A program made the position numbers and the translations under genes. A stretch of 55,335 nucleotides of DNA, from positions 1 to 55,335 of IMG/VR virus record IMGVR_UViG_3300020042_002590, one strand, 5' to 3'. The notes under the pieces are model-generated. The model was not told the origin of the DNA. It saw nothing but the letters and a program-made list of their open reading frames with translations, and made no database searches. Below are positions 52,784-55,335 of this stretch, one piece after another (position 1 is the stretch's first letter; the number at the start of each line of letters is the position of its first letter). The DNA comes from a virus (taxonomy: Duplodnaviria; Caudoviricetes).

Positions 52784-54256
52784 TTAACTGTTGTCACGGA
52801 TGTAAGTGGCATCGATACAGGCGGCGTAAACGCTCGCCAATGTAGCGTGGGATTCGGCGGGTTGGCGGCTGACTACAGCAGACTTCCATGCCTCTTCAAC
52901 TGAGAGCATCGCCAATGCCCGAATGAAACCGATCACTGAGCGGATCGATGGGGCATCCACGATATCGCCTGTGGTCACCTTGGATCGGGCAACATGGATC
53001 GCCTTTAGCACGTGCCTTGCTACCTCATCAGTGCAACCAGTGTGGCGCACCACTGCCTCGACCTCTTGCTTCATTGGCAAAAAGTCAAAGCGGACGACAC
53101 GGGCAAAGCGGTCAATCAAAGCGCTATTCATGGTGCGTGTACCAGCGTACCGTCCTGAGTCATCGCCATTGCCCAATGTGTTATCAGCGGCAAAAACCAT
53201 CACCCCGTTGGCTTTGCGGCGTACTGCACCGCCGTAGGACACGGCGCTGTTAGGCTCTAGAAAACCATTGAGCGGGGCAAGTTCACCAGCATCAGCGTTG
53301 GTCACTTCATCCAGCAGAATGATTGTGCTAGGGCACGTATACGCCATCAGAAAATCTTTAGGCTGAAACACTGTCTCGCCGTTGACCAAGCCAACAGCAC
53401 CCAAATAATCCTCTGCCGAGGTGTACTTGTGGAAGTTGATACGCACGTAGTTACGTCCAGTACGGGCGGCAAATTGTCTAGCGGTTTCGCTCTTGCCTGT
53501 ACCCTTTTCACCGCCGAACCACAAGTGTTCGCCCGTAGACTGAGACAACAACAATTGTTTCAGAATGGACTCAGTCCAAATAAAGTTGGGATCAATCGCA
53601 GGGGCATTGGGGTGATTCCAAATGTCAACTCCGACAATGTCGCCCTTTGCGTTGCGTACATCAACACCAAAAACCTCACGCACCGACTTGCATTCAGTTA
53701 TGTAGACCCCCGCAAGGTCAGCAACATCGGTCATCACCTCGGCAGTCACTGCCTGTTTAAACGGGGCAAAAGTGTCTGCGACTGCCTTGGCGACTTGATT
53801 TTGCAGGGCTATAGGGTCAACCTCACCTTTGACCTCGCCAAGCTTTTGATTCAGTGAGCGCTCAAGCTTGACAAGCTTGGTATCCACTTCCATGCTCATG
53901 TCAGCTACTTTGCTGATCCTTGTCACAAGGTCATTCATCCCCTGCCTAGTGGTCATCGCAAGTTGATGGGCTTCCAGCGATGCATCCATCGCCCGATTAG
54001 TAGTGGCTTCCAGCGCCGTTAATGCAGGGTCACTGCTACCGCCTGACAGGGGGCTTGTTGTTGGCAGGGGAGTGGCGGCTTTGATCACCGCCAAGGTCAT
54101 ATCGCCACGGGCAACCGCCCCCGCAAGGTTCGTTGCCATGTCGCCAACGCTACTGCCATTCGCCCCAAAATGGGACAAATGTGCGCCCCTTATAGTCGCA
54201 CTGCCAAGGCGGCTGATTTCAACTGCAATTCTGCTGATTTCGATTTTGGTAGTCAT
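52784..54256 (-). CDS. CobS/MoxR-like AAA+ ATPase
   Basis: Walker A GEKGTGKS, Walker B ILLDE, AADNT.G.GD...NSALIDRF; adjacent to the vWA gene. Confidence 0.85.
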   Translation of the reverse strand: MTTKIEISRIAVEISRLGSATIRGAHLSHFGANGSSVGDMATNLAGAVARGDMTLAVIKAATPLPTTSPLSGGSSDPALTALEATTNRAMDASLEAHQLAMTTRQGMNDLVTRISKVADMSMEVDTKLVKLERSLNQKLGEVKGEVDPIALQNQVAKAVADTFAPFKQAVTAEVMTDVADLAGVYITECKSVREVFGVDVRNAKGDIVGVDIWNHPNAPAIDPNFIWTESILKQLLLSQSTGEHLWFGGEKGTGKSETARQFAARTGRNYVRINFHKYTSAEDYLGAVGLVNGETVFQPKDFLMAYTCPSTIILLDEVTNADAGELAPLNGFLEPNSAVSYGGAVRRKANGVMVFAADNTLGNGDDSGRYAGTRTMNSALIDRFARVVRFDFLPMKQEVEAVVRHTGCTDEVARHVLKAIHVARSKVTTGDIVDAPSIRSVIGFIRALAMLSVEEAWKSAVVSRQPAESHATLASVYAACIDATYIRDNS

Positions 54257-54269
54257 GGTTTCTTTCGGA

Positions 54270-54854
54270 TTAAATGTTAAAGGTTTCGCCATCTTGGGGG
54301 CAGATCGGCAGACCAAAGGTCAGCCACTTTTGAGTGAGTCGCACGGTGTAACCACAGGCGGGACATGATGCTTTGATCATGCGTGTCCCTTGGACTTTGC
54401 GGTCAGAGTAAGACAGTTCACCATGCGGGTATGCGCCCAACCCTGCGATCAGGTCAGCGTAGGCAGTGGCAAACTCTGTCGTGCCACGGGTTGACTTCCA
54501 AGCGTTCTTTGCGGCAGGATCACCGCATGGCTCTAACAGCATGGCAGTGGCGGCTTTTTGGAAGTTGATGCCGTGGTTCATTGCCCCGCTAGTGCTATGG
54601 CATAACTCATGCACCAGCACCGCAAATACATCGACAGGGTCAGCAATTGTCGGGCTGATCAAAATTTCGATGGTCTTATCGGCAGAGTTGTCAGATGCCC
54701 AACATTCGCCAATAGCCTTACTTCTCTTGGCATTCAAAGGGAAACCACAAGCCAACCGTATGCGCTTGGGCAACGGCTTGCCGATCAGGTCATAGCTGGT
54801 ACGCAATTCAGCGACTGCCGCCTGTAGCCATTCTTCACGTGTCTGATAAGTCAT
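54270..54854 (-). CDS. SprT-like zinc metalloprotease with Zn ribbon
   Basis: LVHELCH...NHGINF; CPACG...CPQD. Confidence 0.75.
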   Translation of the reverse strand: MTYQTREEWLQAAVAELRTSYDLIGKPLPKRIRLACGFPLNAKRSKAIGECWASDNSADKTIEILISPTIADPVDVFAVLVHELCHSTSGAMNHGINFQKAATAMLLEPCGDPAAKNAWKSTRGTTEFATAYADLIAGLGAYPHGELSYSDRKVQGTRMIKASCPACGYTVRLTQKWLTFGLPICPQDGETFNI

Positions 54855-54878
54855 GTTAAATCTTTCGGGTTTGTTGGT

Positions 54879-54920
54879 GCTAGTGAGAATTGTACCACAA
54901 CCACTAGCAGTTTACACAAG
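54879..54920 (-). promoter_or_regulatory. Extended -10 promoter flanked by an inverted repeat
   Basis: On -: TGG-TACAAT (54889-54897); GCTAGTG 54879-54885 / CACTAGC 54902-54908. Confidence 0.5.
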
Positions 54921-54927
54921 GTTGAAA

Positions 54928-55077
54928 TTATTTTTCGTTTAAAGCTTCAGTCAATACGTGTCCAAAGAACACGCCGCCCATCACCAGCATGGATACCCAC
55001 AGGTAACCGCCGTCCACGTTGAACGCACCGAACAGCAAAAAAACAACAGAAGCAGTGGTCATAAAAATGTAGTACAT
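54928..55077 (-). CDS. Small two-TM membrane protein
   Basis: ATG 55077 after AAAGGA; two hydrophobic segments. Confidence 0.55.
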   Translation of the reverse strand: MYYIFMTTASVVFLLFGAFNVDGGYLWVSMLVMGGVFFGHVLTEALNEK

Positions 55078-55335
55078 GATTTTTCCTTTCAGAGTGGGGT
55101 TTTTTGAATAGCTGACTTCACTATGCGATTCCAGTCGCTGATCGTGATGGTGACGGGCAACCAAGCGGGACGCTTGCGCTGATGAATCTGCTCTGCCCCG
55201 AAAGGCAAAGTCACCCCGTTTAAAAGCACTCTAGTGCGACCGTCATAACCCCAACCCATTGGAGTACCGTAGTCAAAGAGTTCAACCCGAATCTCATGGG
55301 TTTTAAAATAAGAGTCAGTGGCATTGATGACGCGG

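Noticed and set aside
51122-54256. cobS/cobT as cobalamin-biosynthesis auxiliary genes
   Set aside because: No cobN or other cob genes; motifs support only a generic MoxR AAA+/vWA pair
55179-55204. CTGATGA...GAAA resembling a hammerhead ribozyme core
   Set aside because: The bases between the two core segments cannot form stem II, and no matching stems I/III with a cleavage triplet are present
1-55335. tRNA, integrase/att site, terminase or alternative genetic code
   Set aside because: No cloverleaf or integrase/terminase motifs recognised; long ORFs are intact in code 11 and all three stop codons are used

Overview
The window is most of a tailed dsDNA phage genome (Caudoviricetes, podovirus-like, about 50% GC). 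A betaproteobacterial/freshwater host is plausible but not shown. From 1 to 39.4 kb the + strand carries the late genes: 5'-truncated portal, GroES-like co-chaperonin, scaffold, decoration and major capsid proteins, small basic virion proteins, adaptors, a modular tail-fibre cluster, a holin and M15 endolysin separated by an accessory block, a tail protein, two ejection proteins and a 3355-aa polyvalent protein. From 39.4 to 44.7 kb the - strand carries a recombination operon (PD-(D/E)XK exonuclease, Sak3-like annealing protein, SSB-like protein). A RusA-like gene, a non-coding control region and a T7/Twinkle-like primase-helicase follow at 44.7-48.2 kb on +. Early genes lie at 48.3-55.3 kb on - (small ORFs, vWA/AAA+ pair, SprT-like protease). 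I found no terminase, DNA polymerase, integrase, tRNA or CRISPR array. Most striking: (1) the giant protein is built like a self-processing effector polyprotein, with a HExxH peptidase followed by five enzyme cassettes (GNAT, four ADP-ribosyltransferase-like folds, one Gp88-like Cys domain) bounded by a six-fold repeated [KR][YF]SL linker; (2) the palindrome GTTTAAAC occurs at least 31 times; (3) a [MFYL]-x-x-G-G peptide motif is shared by six virion proteins; (4) the 45.1-45.6 kb region holds divergent promoters, a candidate anti-RBS small RNA and a pseudoknotted RNA. All family assignments come from motif recognition by eye, not database searches.
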